From assembly GCA_052426225.1 (NCBI GenBank), contig JBNJNM010000008.1, positions 2,088,387-2,152,386 of the forward strand: a DNA stretch of 64,000 bases. Reading direction: 5' to 3'. Both the position numbers and the translations under genes were made by a program. The notes under the pieces are model-generated. The model worked only from the letters and a program-made list of their open reading frames with translations. It did no database searches and was not told where the DNA came from. Below, piece by piece: positions 48,835-61,510 of the stretch (position 1 is its first letter; every line of letters starts with the position of its first letter). Source of the stretch: Zancudomyces culisetae HAW-14-8 (Eukaryota > Fungi > Kickxellomycota).

Positions 48835-49164
48835 TGTCATGAACTTGTTTATTTTGGTGTAATTTGGTGATTATTAAGTACTATTATATAAATATTTATT
48901 GTTGACACTTGTTGTCGATAATTTTTTTGAAGGAATAAAGAATGCTATTTAAACTTTTTGTATGTATTATATTAATTTTATATTAAAGACTAAAATGTTG
49001 CATAAATAGCAAGTAGTTAAAATTAATGAACTATTTAAAGTAAAGTTGTGTTTGTGCTAGGTTCAATATTAAACATGTTTAAAATCATATTTCTGATTCA
49101 TCCAAATCATGTTTGATGTTGTTTGTTGATTTAAATTAAAACTGTTTAATATTAGTTTATGATA
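48835..49164 (-). repeat. Gypsy LTR 1
   Basis: tgtcatgaac...gtttatgata; homologous to LTR 2 and LTR 3. Confidence 0.9.
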
Positions 49165-49268
49165 GTATTCCCTCTCTTAGTGTCGATCTCTGAGCGACAT
49201 AGGTTTATTCATGTTTTCATTATGTTACTTTTCCACAAGTTCTTTTGATTTGTTAGATGTTCGGCTGG

Positions 49269-49678
49269 TGTCATGAACTGATTCTAGAATGTTTGAAAAC
49301 GTTCTAGAAGCATTTGATTTTATTCCGCAGTAATGTTTAGAATGTTCCCCAACATTCTAGAACATTACCGAAAATTCACATTATTTCTTAATTTTTCTTA
49401 CGTAATAATTTACACATGTTTAATTTTATTAGCATTCGAGTTTGATTTTTGTTTGATTACAAATCAAATTGGATTAGTAATCAAACACGTTTATCTTTAG
49501 CTACATATTTAGCTATTCCGCAGTTTTCTAGTGATTTTGTTCAAAAACCAAGGCTGGAAAAAAGTATAAAAAGGGTAAAATTTTCCTGTCTTGGATTCAG
49601 TATCTAGTATCTTGTATACATTCATACAATAAACTTTAATAATAATAAATATAACTTTTCAGACTCCAGATCTTGACA
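49269..49678 (+). mobile_element. Solo LTR inserted in the chromodomain of Gypsy copy 1
   Basis: TGTCATGAAC...TCTTGACA; GCTGG TSD; TATA at ~49565; AATAAA at ~49628. Absent from copy 2. Confidence 0.93.
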
Positions 49679-51229
49679 GCTGGTTCCCAAGTTCTTTTGC
49701 TTGCGTCGTACCCTTTCCAGTCCACTAGATATTGTAGTTTATTATATTTAATAATACTGTCTAATATTTGTTTGAATTCGTATTCTGATATTCCATCAAC
49801 TAGTACCGGTAATGGAGCTTCCTGAATTCGGCCTTCAATAGTGTTGTTAGTTACTGGTTCTAGAAGGGAAACGTGAAAGACAGGATGTACTTTCATAGTC
49901 GTAGGAAGTTGAAGTTCGTATGCTACTTTGCTTAATTTTATAACTATTGTCAATGGACCTAATTTAGTATAATCTAGTATGTTATTTGGTCTGTTAGTTT
50001 TAATTATTTTCTATTTAACCACACTTTTGATACTATATTAAACTTGGGTTCTGCTTGTCTGTTTTTATCATTAGTTTAGCATATCTTTCATTACATTTTT
50101 AATATTTTTTATAAGTTCCTTGTAAATTTGTGACATTTTCTGAGTTAAATCTGTGATTATGGGCGAGTTACTGGGTGAAGTCAAAATATTTGATGGAAAT
50201 ATTGAAGGATGATATACAGTATTAGCTTAGAATGGTGAAAATTTTGTAGTTGAGTGTTGTGAGTTATTATATGCAAATTCTGCGAGTGCTAATAAATCAT
50301 GCCCGTATGTTTGGTTGTAGTTACAATAAAACTGATATACTGTTCTAAAACTTGGTTTACTCGTTCCGTTTGACCATCCGTTTGTGGATGGTATGCTGTT
50401 GACATATTTAATTTTATATTTAATACTTTGGTAATAGTATTCCAAAATTTTGAAGTGAAGATAGAACCACTATCAGAGACGATATCTTTTAGCAGTCCGT
50501 GAAGTTTAAATATGTTATTGATAAATAGTTTTGCTGTTTGTGGTGCGTTGATATTGTTATTTGTTGGAATAAAATGCGCCATTTTTGTTAGTCTATCTAT
50601 AATAACCAATACTGAATCGTAAGTTTGTGACAATGGTAACCCAACAATAAAATCCATAGAAATTGATTCCCACGGTTTTTCTGGAATCTGTAAAGGTTGT
50701 AGTTGACCATTTGGTTAGTGTCATATCGGTTTACATCTGCAACATTGATCGCATGAGTTAATATAATTTTTAATCATTTTTCTCATTTTTGGCCAATAAT
50801 AGTATCTTGAAATCAGTTCAAAGGTTTTAGAATGTCCGAAGTGTCCAGCAATAGGCGAATCGTGAAATTGGTTGAGTTGTAGTAGTTTGATTTCAATGTT
50901 ATCTGGAATGTATGTTTTACCTTTAAAAGTAAGTATTTCATTGTCGAATTTATAATCCTTTAAGTTTAGATATTCAGAGTTAAATGAATTGTTCATATGA
51001 TTCAATTTAGAAATAATGAAATTAACTTTAATATCTTTTTTGTAGCTACTATTTAATATATTTTTATCAAATTTATAAGCAACCAATGGTTCTACTGCTG
51101 CAATTATCAATTGTTCTGGCTTTAGCAAACTTTACTTATTACGTAGAGCGTCATCCCCCTCCTTAGGCAAATGATCCGGGCGTCGGGACAAAGCATCGGG
51201 TTTCCCGTTAGATGAACCAGTTGCGTATT

Positions 51230-51563
51230 TGTCAAGAATTATTTTTTAATGATTTATTTATTTGTTTAAGTACTACTTATGATTTTACTATAGACAATTG
51301 GTGTATGAAAATGTTAAGATTTAGAGATAAACTGGAGTTTTTATACCTTTATAATAGCTAAAATGAATAAAATAAAATAACCTAAACTATTAACCTCTGC
51401 TTACTAATCAATAATTAATACTATTGTTCTAGAAGATTCTACAATTTTTTGGAATGACTCATTAAGTACTAATTGTACCCCAGAAATTGCGTACTAATTA
51501 ACAATATTATGTAATAATACTAATTAGGTAGAAATCTAGAATATATGGTTTTAGTTCATGACA
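51230..51563 (-). mobile_element. Solo LTR inserted after RNase H of Gypsy copy 1
   Basis: TGTCAAGA...GTTCATGACA; GTATT TSD. Absent from copy 2. Confidence 0.93.
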
Positions 51564-54500
51564 GTATTTAATAATGAAATTATAATTTCCTAATAATTCT
51601 GCCTATCGTGCTTGACGCCTATACAAAGAATTAGTGGTAGTAAAATATTCTAGATTTTTATGATCAGTTAAAACCGTAATTTGATGTAATGCTCCTTCGA
51701 GGTATGATATCCATTCTTTAATAGCTTCAATTATGGCTAACATTACTTTATCGTAAATTTCGTAGTTGATTTCAGCAGGTTGTAACTTTCTGGAATAATA
51801 AGCTATAGGATGTAAATTGTTATTATCGTTGCGTTGTGATATAACTCCTTTAATTGCGAAGTCTGATGTATCAGATTCGATAGTAATTGATTTAATCGGA
51901 TCAAAATATTTTAAAATAGGTGCAGTTGTAGATGTTTTTTTAATTGATCGCAAATGTTTTGTGCTTCAGTGTCCAGTTCCATTTTTCATTATTTCGTAAC
52001 AATTTTGTTATAGGTGTCACAATCATTGAAAAATTCATTATAAATTTTCTATAGAAATTTGCAAAACCAAGGAACGTTTGAATTTCTTTTATTAAGGTTG
52101 GTGCAGGCCATGTACTTACAGCTATTGTCTTTGTTATATCCATACTTACCCCTTTATCGGAAACAATTATCCCAATAATTCGACTTCTGATTTGTGAAAT
52201 CGACATTTTTCCAGTTTAGCATATATTGAATTATTTCGGAGTCTTCTTAATATTTCTTTTACATGCTTAATATATATTCTAATTGTACTATATACCAGTA
52301 TATCATATAAATATACTACTGCAAATCTATCTAAGCAGTCAGTTAATACATCATTCATGAAATATTGAAACGATGCTGGAGCATTGCAGAGTCCATATGG
52401 CATAACTCTATATTTATAGTGACCGTATCTCGTACGAAATGCAGTATTCCATTCTTCTCCCTTAGCGATTCTTATTAAATTATTAGCGCCTCTTAAATTG
52501 ATTTTAAAAAATATTTTCGCTTGTCTGAATCTGTCGAGTAACACTCCAATTAAATATATGAGATTCCTGTTTTTAATTGTCAAGTTATTTAATCCTCTAA
52601 ATCAACGCATAATCTTAAAGACCAATCTTTCTTTTTTACAAAAAGTATAAGAGAGCCAGCGGGAGATGATGAAGGATATATAAAACCTTTATCTAAATTT
52701 TCTTTCAAATATTCACGAAGTGCTGCGAGTTCTGTTTCAGATAGTGATTAAATGGTCCAAATGGTGGTTGTGAGCCTGGTGTTAACGGAATTTTATGATC
52801 ATATATACGATGAGGTGGTAAAATATTAGCTGCTTTTTCGTCGAATACATCTTTAAATTCTGAATATTCCGATGGTATAGGAGTTATTTCTGATTATTGC
52901 TGGAATTAATGTGCAAGTTATTGAGTGTGTATAACATTGGTTTTGTTGAATACTACAATTATTTTGTCAAAATTCAGTTATGAAATACAACTTATCTAAA
53001 TTCCCCTCAATGTGTGGATTATGGGTTCTCAGCCAGTTTATTCCAATAATTACAGGGTAATTTCCCAATTTGGTTACATCAAATGATATAGTTATGTGAT
53101 AATAATAGGAGTTAAGTTGAAGTGGTATTTTATTGTGTGTTATGGAGCCTGACGAAATTAATCTTCCGTCAATTACTAGTAGTGGAATTGGTAATTTTTT
53201 TAATACTAATGGAATGTTATTAGTCTTGGAAAAAGTAGAATCAATGAAGCGATTAATTGCACCCGAATCAATCATAAGAACGGTTTTTATCGGGTTATTG
53301 TTTACCCGAAGGGTTACTGAAACTTTAAGGTAAGAGTTAACTTTATTTGTTGACATATTTAAATGTTCCAGGTCAAGATTCATATTGATTGTGGGATTAA
53401 TTTTTAAGTTTCAGTCAGGTATATATTCAGGCTTGAGTTCAGGCTTAAGTTCTGGTTATAAGTGAAGTACGGGTTTAGTTTTAATTATAAGTTCAGATTT
53501 GGTTTCAGATTTGATTTCAAGTTTAAGTTCAGGTTTAAGTTCAGGTTTGATTTCAGGTTTAAGTTCAGAGCTATAGTTGGATTAGTAGAATGTATCTTTT
53601 CTATTTAATTTTGGTATTTGATTGGTTATTTCAGTAGTGTATAATTTATTGTTAATTAGTAAAGGTAGATTTAATTCAGCTTGATATAAACTTCCGGATG
53701 TTTCATTAGCTGCAATAATTAAAAGGTAAAAATTTTGATGAAGTGGACGGTTTATAATAATTAGATACGCTCAAGACTACGTCCGTAAATTGTCTTGAGC
53801 TTAATTTTTTTCCTTAATAATGCTTGCAGATATAGTATTTGGTACCTTTATTTGCGGGCGACGAGGACAAGATGAAATGACATGATCAGGATTACCACAG
53901 TATAGACAAAGATTAAGGTCGCGGCGGCGTTGTTTTTCAGTCTGAGTGAGTGGTGGGCGACGAGATGAATTTCCGTCAATTTCCATTTGTTGCACCCGAG
54001 GCTGTGTTATTACTATTAAATTGTTTATTGATGGTGTAGAGTTATCCAAATTTTGAGTGTGCATTGGGCGAGGGCAAAACGTTTTTTCAAGGTTTCTTTC
54101 AAATAGTCTGTTGTCAATTATTATAGTGAGGTCAATAAATTCTGAAAAGTTGTTTGATCTATCAAAACATGCTAATAAATCCTTAATTATTTCTTTAAAC
54201 CTTCAAAAAATTGGCTACATTGTGCTGCGTCATGCCTGGACATAAGTGTCGAAATACGACAAAATTCAGTAGCATAGGTGGCTGCGGATCCCAACTGGCG
54301 AAGTTTTCTGAGTTGACGTTCAGCTGTCGAAGATTGGTGTGGATATCCTAAAACAGGTAAAGTTCGTTTATGAAAATGTCAAAATTTTCCAGGATTGGTT
54401 CATGATCATTAGATACTAGTAACGGTTGTAACCACGAGAAAGCAGGACCACGAAGGAAAGTAGAAGCAAAAATGACTTTCTGAGTATCTGTTGAAAATCT

Positions 54501-55180
54501 AGAGGGTTGAGCTTGTATGACTAGTTGGACTTGTGCTATAAAGTATCTTAGTTGGTCTCTATTGCCACTAAAGTATTCAGGATCTGCTACTCTTGGTTCT
54601 CTAGCCACTGGTAACTCGTTTGCTTGATTATTTCTCAACATATTTAACGGAGCTGAAGATCGTCTAGTTGGGTTGCTGTCATGATCCATTCATGACATTA
54701 TTGCTATTTTTAATAACATATTAAAAATAGCAAATGATAATTTTTAACGTTTGCTCCGCTTTAATTCTTACTCCATAAATTATTAATTATATAGTAAGAA
54801 TTTATAATTTTTAATAATTTGGTTTTACAACATATTATTAAATGTTAACTGTGGAGTTGACAGTTAATATAATTTAGTTTTAAGAATAGTTTAAGTTTAG
54901 TTTTATTATGTTTTACAATAATTTTTATATAATGTAAAACTATATTACGACAAAGATTTATTGCTTTAGAAAACTTTTGCAATAGAAAACTTATCATCTC
55001 TAGTATTTTATAAAATAAATCATAGCCAAGTAAACATATAGTACTTAGTGTCAAGTCGTGACAGTTGCCATCCTATGTAATATATTTAAATGACTTACAG
55101 TCATTGTTACTAGTGCATCAAGGTCTATGTAATTATTCACCGACATGATAGTAGTAGTTTTATATATTGATCTGACAAAC

Positions 55181-55513
55181 TGACATGAATTTATTTATTT
55201 TGGTGTAATTTGGTGATTATTAAGTACTACTATAAAATATATTTAATGATGACATTTGTTTTCAGATAAGTTTTTCTAAAGAACTAAAAAATGCTATTTA
55301 AACTAATTGTTTGTAATATATAAATTTAAATTAAACAACTAAAATGTTGCATAAATAGAAAGTAGTTACAATTAATGAACTATTGAAAGTAAAATTGTGT
55401 TTTGTGCTAGTTTCAATAATAAACATGTTTAAAATCATATTTCTGATTCATCCAAATCATGATTGATAATTTTGTTGATTTAAATTAAAACTGTTTAATA
55501 TTAGTTTATGATA
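55181..55513 (-). repeat. Gypsy LTR 2 (shared central LTR)
   Basis: tgacatgaat...gtttatgata; flanked by the copy-1 leader and the copy-2 PPT. Confidence 0.9.
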
Positions 55514-58500
55514 GTATTCCCTCTCTTAGTGTCGATCTCTGAGCGACATAGGTTTATTCATGTTTTCATTATGTTACTTTTCCACAAGTTCTTTTGTATT
55601 TGTTAGATGTTCGGCTGGTTCCCAAGTTCTTTCGCTTGCGTCGTACCCTTTCCAGTCTACTAGATATTGTAGTTTATTATATTTAATACGACTGTCTAAT
55701 ATTTGTTCGACTTTGTATTCTGATATTCCATCAACTAGTACCGGTAATGGAGTTTCATGAATTCGGCCTTCAATGGTGTTGTAAGTTACTATTTCTAGAA
55801 GGGAAACGTGAAAGACAGGATGTACTTTCATAGTCGTAGGAAGTTGAAGTTCGTATGCTACTTTGCTTAATTTTATAACTATTGTCAATGGACCTAATTT
55901 AGTATAATCTAGTATGTTATTTGGTCTGTTAGTTTTAATTATTTTCTATTTAACCACACTTTTGATACTATATTAAACTTGGGTTCTGCTTGTCTGTTTT
56001 TATCATATGCTTTAGCATATCTTTCATTTACATTTTTAATATTTTTTATAAGTTCCTTGTAAATTTGTGACATTTTCTGAGTTAAATCTGTGATTATGGG
56101 CGAGTTACTGGGTGAAGTCAAAATATTTGATGGAAATATTGAAGGATGATATACAGTATTAGCTTAGAATGGTGAAAATTTTGTAGTTGAGTGTTGTGAG
56201 TTATTATATGCAAATTCTGCGAGTGCTAATAAATCATGCCCGTATGTTTGGTTGTAGTTACAATAAAACTGATATACTGTTCTAAAACTTGGTTTACTCG
56301 TTCCGTTTGACCATCCGTTTGTGGATGGTATGCTGTTGACATATTTAATTTTATATTTAATACTTTGGTAATAGTATTCCAAAATTTTGAAGTGAAGATA
56401 GAACCACTATCAGAGACGATATCTTTTAGCAGTCCGTGAAGTTTAAATATGTTATTGATAAATAGTTTTGCTGTTTGTGGTGCGTTGATATTGTTATTTG
56501 TTGGAATAAAATGCGCCATTTTTGTTAGTCTATCTATAATAACCAATACTGAATCGTAAGTTTGTGACAATGGTAACCCAACAATAAAATCCATAGAAAT
56601 TGATTCCCACGGTTTTTCTGGAATCTGTAAAGGTTGTAGTTGACCATTTGGTTAGTGTCATATCGGTTTACATCTGCAACATTGATCGCATGAGTTAATA
56701 TAATTTTTAATCATTTTTCTCATTTTTGGCCAATAATAGTATCTGGAAATCATTTCAAAGGTTTTAAGATGTCCGAAGTGTCCAGCAATAGGCGAATCGT
56801 GAAATTATTTGAGTAGTAGTAGTTTGATTTCAATGTTATATGGAATGTATGTTTTACCTTTAAAAGTAAGTATTTCATTGTCGTACATATAATCATTTAA
56901 GTTTGGATATTCAGAGTTAGATGAATTGTTAATATGTTTCAATTTAGAAATAATGGAAATAGATTTAATATCTTTTTCGTAGCTACTATTAAATATAGTT
57001 TTATCAAAATTATTATATCCATTGGTTCTACTGCTGCAATTATCAATTGTTCTGGCTTTAGCAAAGTTTTATTAGTACGTAGAGCGTCATCCCCCTCCTT
57101 AGGCAAATGATCCGGGCGTCTGGACAAAGCATCGGGTATCCCGTTAGATGAACCAGTTGCGTATTTAATAATGAAATTATAATTTCCTAATAATTCAGCC
57201 CATCGTGCTTGACGCCTATTCAAAGTTTTAGTGGTAGTAAAAAATTCTAGATTTTTATGGTCAGTTAAAACCGTAATTTGATGTAATGCTCCTTCGAGGT
57301 ATGATCTCCATTCTTTAAAAGCTATAATTATTGCTAACATTTCTTTATCGTAAATTTCGTAGTTGATTTCAGCAGGTTGTAACATTCTGGAATAATATGC
57401 TATAGGATGTAAATTGTTATTATCGTTGCGTTGTGATATAACTCCTTTAATTGCGAAGTCTGATGTATCAGATTCGATAGTAATTGATTTAATCGGATCA
57501 AAATATTTTAAAATAGGTGCAGTTGTAGATGTTTTTTTAATTGATCGCAAATGTTTTGTGCTTCAGTGTCCAGTTCCATTTTTCATTATTTCGTAACAAT
57601 TTTGTTATAGGTGTCACAATCATTGAAAAATTCATTATAAATTTTCTATAGAAATTTGCAAAACCAAGGAACGTTTGAATTTCTTTTATTAAGGTTGGTG
57701 CAGGCCATGCACTTACAGCTATTGTCTTTGTTATATCCATACTTACCCCTTTATCGGAAACAATATATCCCAAGAATTCGACTTCTGTTTTGTGAAATCG
57801 ACATTTTTCCAGTTTAGCATATAGTGAATTATTCTGGAGTCTTATTAATATATCTTTTACATGCTTAATATGGTCTGCTAATGTTGTATTATAAACAGTA
57901 TATCATCTAAATAAACTACTGCAAATCTATCTAAGCAGTCAGATAATACATCAGTCATGAAATATTGAAACGATGCTGGAGCATTGCAGAGTCCGAATGG
58001 CATAACACTATATTCATATGACCGTATCTCATACGGAATGCATTATTCCATTCTTCTCCCTTAGCGATTCTTATTAAATTATATGCGTCTCTTAAATCGA
58101 TTTTAGAAAATATTTTCGCTTGACTGAATCTGTCGAGTAACTCTCCGATTAAAGGTAAGAGATACCTGTTTACAATTGTCAAATTATTTAATCCACTATA
58201 ATCAACGCATAATCTTAAAGATCCATCTTTCTTTTTTACAAAAAGTATAGGAGAGTCAGCGGAAGATGATGAAGGATATATAGAACCTTTATCTAAATAT
58301 ACTTTCTAATATTCACAAAGTGCTGCGAGTTCTGTTTCAGTTAGTGAATAAATTGGTCCAAATGGTGGTTGTGAGCCTGGTGTTAACGAAATTTTATGAT
58401 CATATGTACGATGAGGTGGTAAATTATTAGCTGCTTTTTCGTCGAATACATCATTAAATTCAGCATATTCCGATGGTATAAGAGATATTTCTGATTTTTC

Positions 58501-60800
58501 TGGAATTAATGTGCAAGTTATTGTGTGTGTATAACGTTGATTTTGTTGAATACTACAATTATTTTGGCAATATTCAGACATGAAATACAACTTATTAAAT
58601 TCCACTCTATGTGTGGATTATGGGTTCTCAGCCAGTTTAATACAAATATAACAGGGTATTTTCCCAATTTGGTTACATCAAATGATATAGTTATGTGATG
58701 ATTATAAGTGTTAAGTTATAGAGATATTGTATTGTGTGTTATGGAGTCTGACGAAATTAATCTTCCGTCAATTACTAGTAGAAGAATTGGTAATTATTTT
58801 AATACTAATGGAATGTTATTAGTATTGGCAAAAGTAGAATCAATGAAGCAATTAGTTGAAACCGAATCAATCATGGGAACGGTTTTTATCGGGTTATTGT
58901 TTACCCGAAGGGTTACTGAAACTATAAGGTGAGATTTAACTTTATTTGTTGACATATTTAAATGTTCATGATCAGATTCTTATTGATTGTGGAATTAATT
59001 TTTAAGTTGCAGTCAGGTGTAGATACAGGCTTGAGTTCAGGCTTCAGTTCAGGTTATGAGTGAAGTACGGGTTTAGTTTAAATTATAAGTTCATATTTGG
59101 TTTCAGGTTTAAGTTCAGGTTTGACTTCAGTATTAAGTTCCGGTTTGACTTCAGATTTGGTTTCATGTATATTTCCTGAGTTATAGTTGGAGTAGTAGAA
59201 TATATCCTTTACATTTAATTCAGTTGTTAAATTGGTTATTTAAGTAGTGTTTATTTTATTGTAAAATTGTAAAGGTAGATTTACTTCAGCTTGATATAAA
59301 CTTCCGATTGTTTCATTAGCGGCAATAATTAAAGGGTAAAGATTTTTGGTTGAAGTGGACGGTTTAGGATAATTAGATACGCTCAAGACTACGTCCGAAA
59401 ATTGTCTTGAGCTTAATTTTTTTCCTTAATAATGCTTGCAGATATAGTATTTGGTACCTTTATTTGCGGGCGACGAGGACAAGATGAAATGACATGATCA
59501 GGATTACCACAGTATAGACAAAGATTAAGATCGCGGCGGCGTTGTTTTTCAGTCTGAGTGAGTGGTGGGCGACGAGATAAAGCTCCGTCAATTTCCATTT
59601 GTTGCACCCGAGGCTGTGTTATTACTATTAAATTGTTTCTTGATGGTGTAGAGTTATCCAAATTTTAAGTGTGAATTGGGCGAGGGCAAAACGTTTTATC
59701 AAGGTTTCTTACAAATAGCATGTTGTCAATTTTTATGGCGAGGTCAATAAATCTGATAAGTTGTCAGGTCTATCAAAACGGGCTTATAAATCCTTAATTT
59801 ATTCACTAAGTCCTTCATAAAATTGGCTACAGAGTACTGCGACATGCCAGGACATAAGTGTGGAAATACGACAAAATTCAGTAGCATAGGTGGCTGCGGA
59901 TCCCAACTGGCAAAGTTTTCTGAGTTGACGTTCAGCTGTCGATGATTGGTGTGGATTTCCGAAAACACGATGAAGTTTGTTTATGAAAATGTCAAAATTT
60001 TCCAGGATTGGTTCATGATCATTAGATTGTAGAAATGGTTGTAGCCACGAATAAGCAGGACCACGAAGGAAAGTAGAAGCAAAAATGACTTTCTGAGTAT
60101 CTGTTGAAAATCTTGAGGGTTGAGCTTGTATTACTAGTTGGACTTGTGCTACAAAGTTTCTTAGTTGGTCTCTATCGCCACTAAAGTATTCAGGATCTGC
60201 TACTCTTGGTTCTCTAGCCACTGGCAACTCGTTTGCTTGATTATTTCTTAACATATTTAAGCGGAACTGAAGATCGTCTAGTTGGGTTGCTGTCATGATC
60301 TATTCATGACATTATTGCTATTTTTAATATGTTATTAAAAATTGCAAATGTTAAATATATTAACGTTTTCTCAGCAATAATTCTTACTCCATATATTATT
60401 AAAAATGACATAAGAATTAATAATATTAATTAATTTTGTTTTACCCCATATTATTAAATGTTAACTGTGAAGTTGACAGATATTATTATTTAGTTTATAA
60501 GTTATAGTTTAAGTATAGTTTTTTATATATTGTACAATAAATTTGTAAATTGTAAAAATATATAAGGACAAGGATTTTATTGCTTTAGAAAACTTTTGCA
60601 ATAGAAAACTTATCATCTCTAGTATTTTATAAAATAAATCATAGCCAAGTAAACATATAGTACTTAGTGTCAAGTCGTGACAGTTGCCATCCTATGTAAT
60701 TCATTAAAATGACTTACAGTCATTGATACTAGTGCATTAAGGTCTTTGTTATTATTCTCTGACATGATAGTAGTAGTTAATATATATTGAATTGACAAAC

Positions 60801-61130
60801 TGTCATGAACGTATATTTTTGGTGTAATTTGGTGATTAATATGTATTACCTTAAAATATATATATTTTTGACAATTGTTGTCAGATAAGTTTTTCTGAAG
60901 GAATAAGAATGATATTCAAACTTTTTGTTTATAATATATAAATTTAAATTAAAGACTAAAATGTTGCATAAATAGAAAGTAGTTAAAATTAATGAACTAT
61001 TTAAAGAAAGTTGTGTTTTGTGCTAGTTTCAATATTAAACATGTTTAAAATCATATTTCTGATTCATCCAAATCATTTTTGATATTTTTTGTTGATTTAA
61101 ATTGAAACTATTTAATATTAGTTTATGATA
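60801..61130 (-). repeat. Gypsy LTR 3
   Basis: tgtcatgaac...gtttatgata followed by the ATCAG TSD. Confidence 0.9.
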
Positions 61131-61375
61131 ATCAGTTGGATTTTTTCATTGGTGGCATTTTATATTATCGTAAAACAGTGATCTTCAATGATTTTAGCTA
61201 GCTTTTGTGTTCCAGGAGCTTTATTGTTTTTAACTGCAATGAATTTAAGTGTGTTAGGACTTATCTTATTATTATCAAGTTCAGATTCTTTGAGAAAAGT
61301 ATCTATTCAGGTTGATAACTTTACAATCAAAGAAGCGATTATGTTAGTAGTTTTTATGAAGATTCGATTGATTTC
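61131..61375 (-). mobile_element. Telomere-proximal 5' part of the Penelope-like element
   Basis: The reading frame continues across the reconstructed empty Gypsy site (NATNEKIQL|INKKSRELYTNF). Confidence 0.7.
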
Positions 61376-61510
61376 GGGATAGGGATAGAGATAGGGATAG
61401 GGATAGGGATAGAGATAGGGATAGGGATAGGGATAGGGATAGGGATAGGGATAGGGATAGGGATAGGGATAGGGATAGGGATAGGGATAGGGATAGGGAT
61501 AGGGATAGGG
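61376..61510 (+). repeat. Variant telomeric array (ATAGGG)x~22, two ATAGAG units
   Basis: Directly visible. Confidence 0.95.

Larger units (their letters stand above)
48835..61130 (-). mobile_element. Tandem (LTR-int-LTR-int-LTR) chromoviral Ty3/Gypsy retrotransposon, decayed
   Basis: Three ~330-bp LTRs; ATCAG TSD at 48830-48834 and 61131-61135. Each internal copy has gag (PEYFSG, CLYCGNPDHVISSC), protease (IDSG), RT, RNase H, integrase (MDFIVGLP, HPQTDGQTER) and chromodomain (QYLVDWKGY...TWEP). PPT aagagagggaa lies next to the LTR. Confidence 0.95.
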
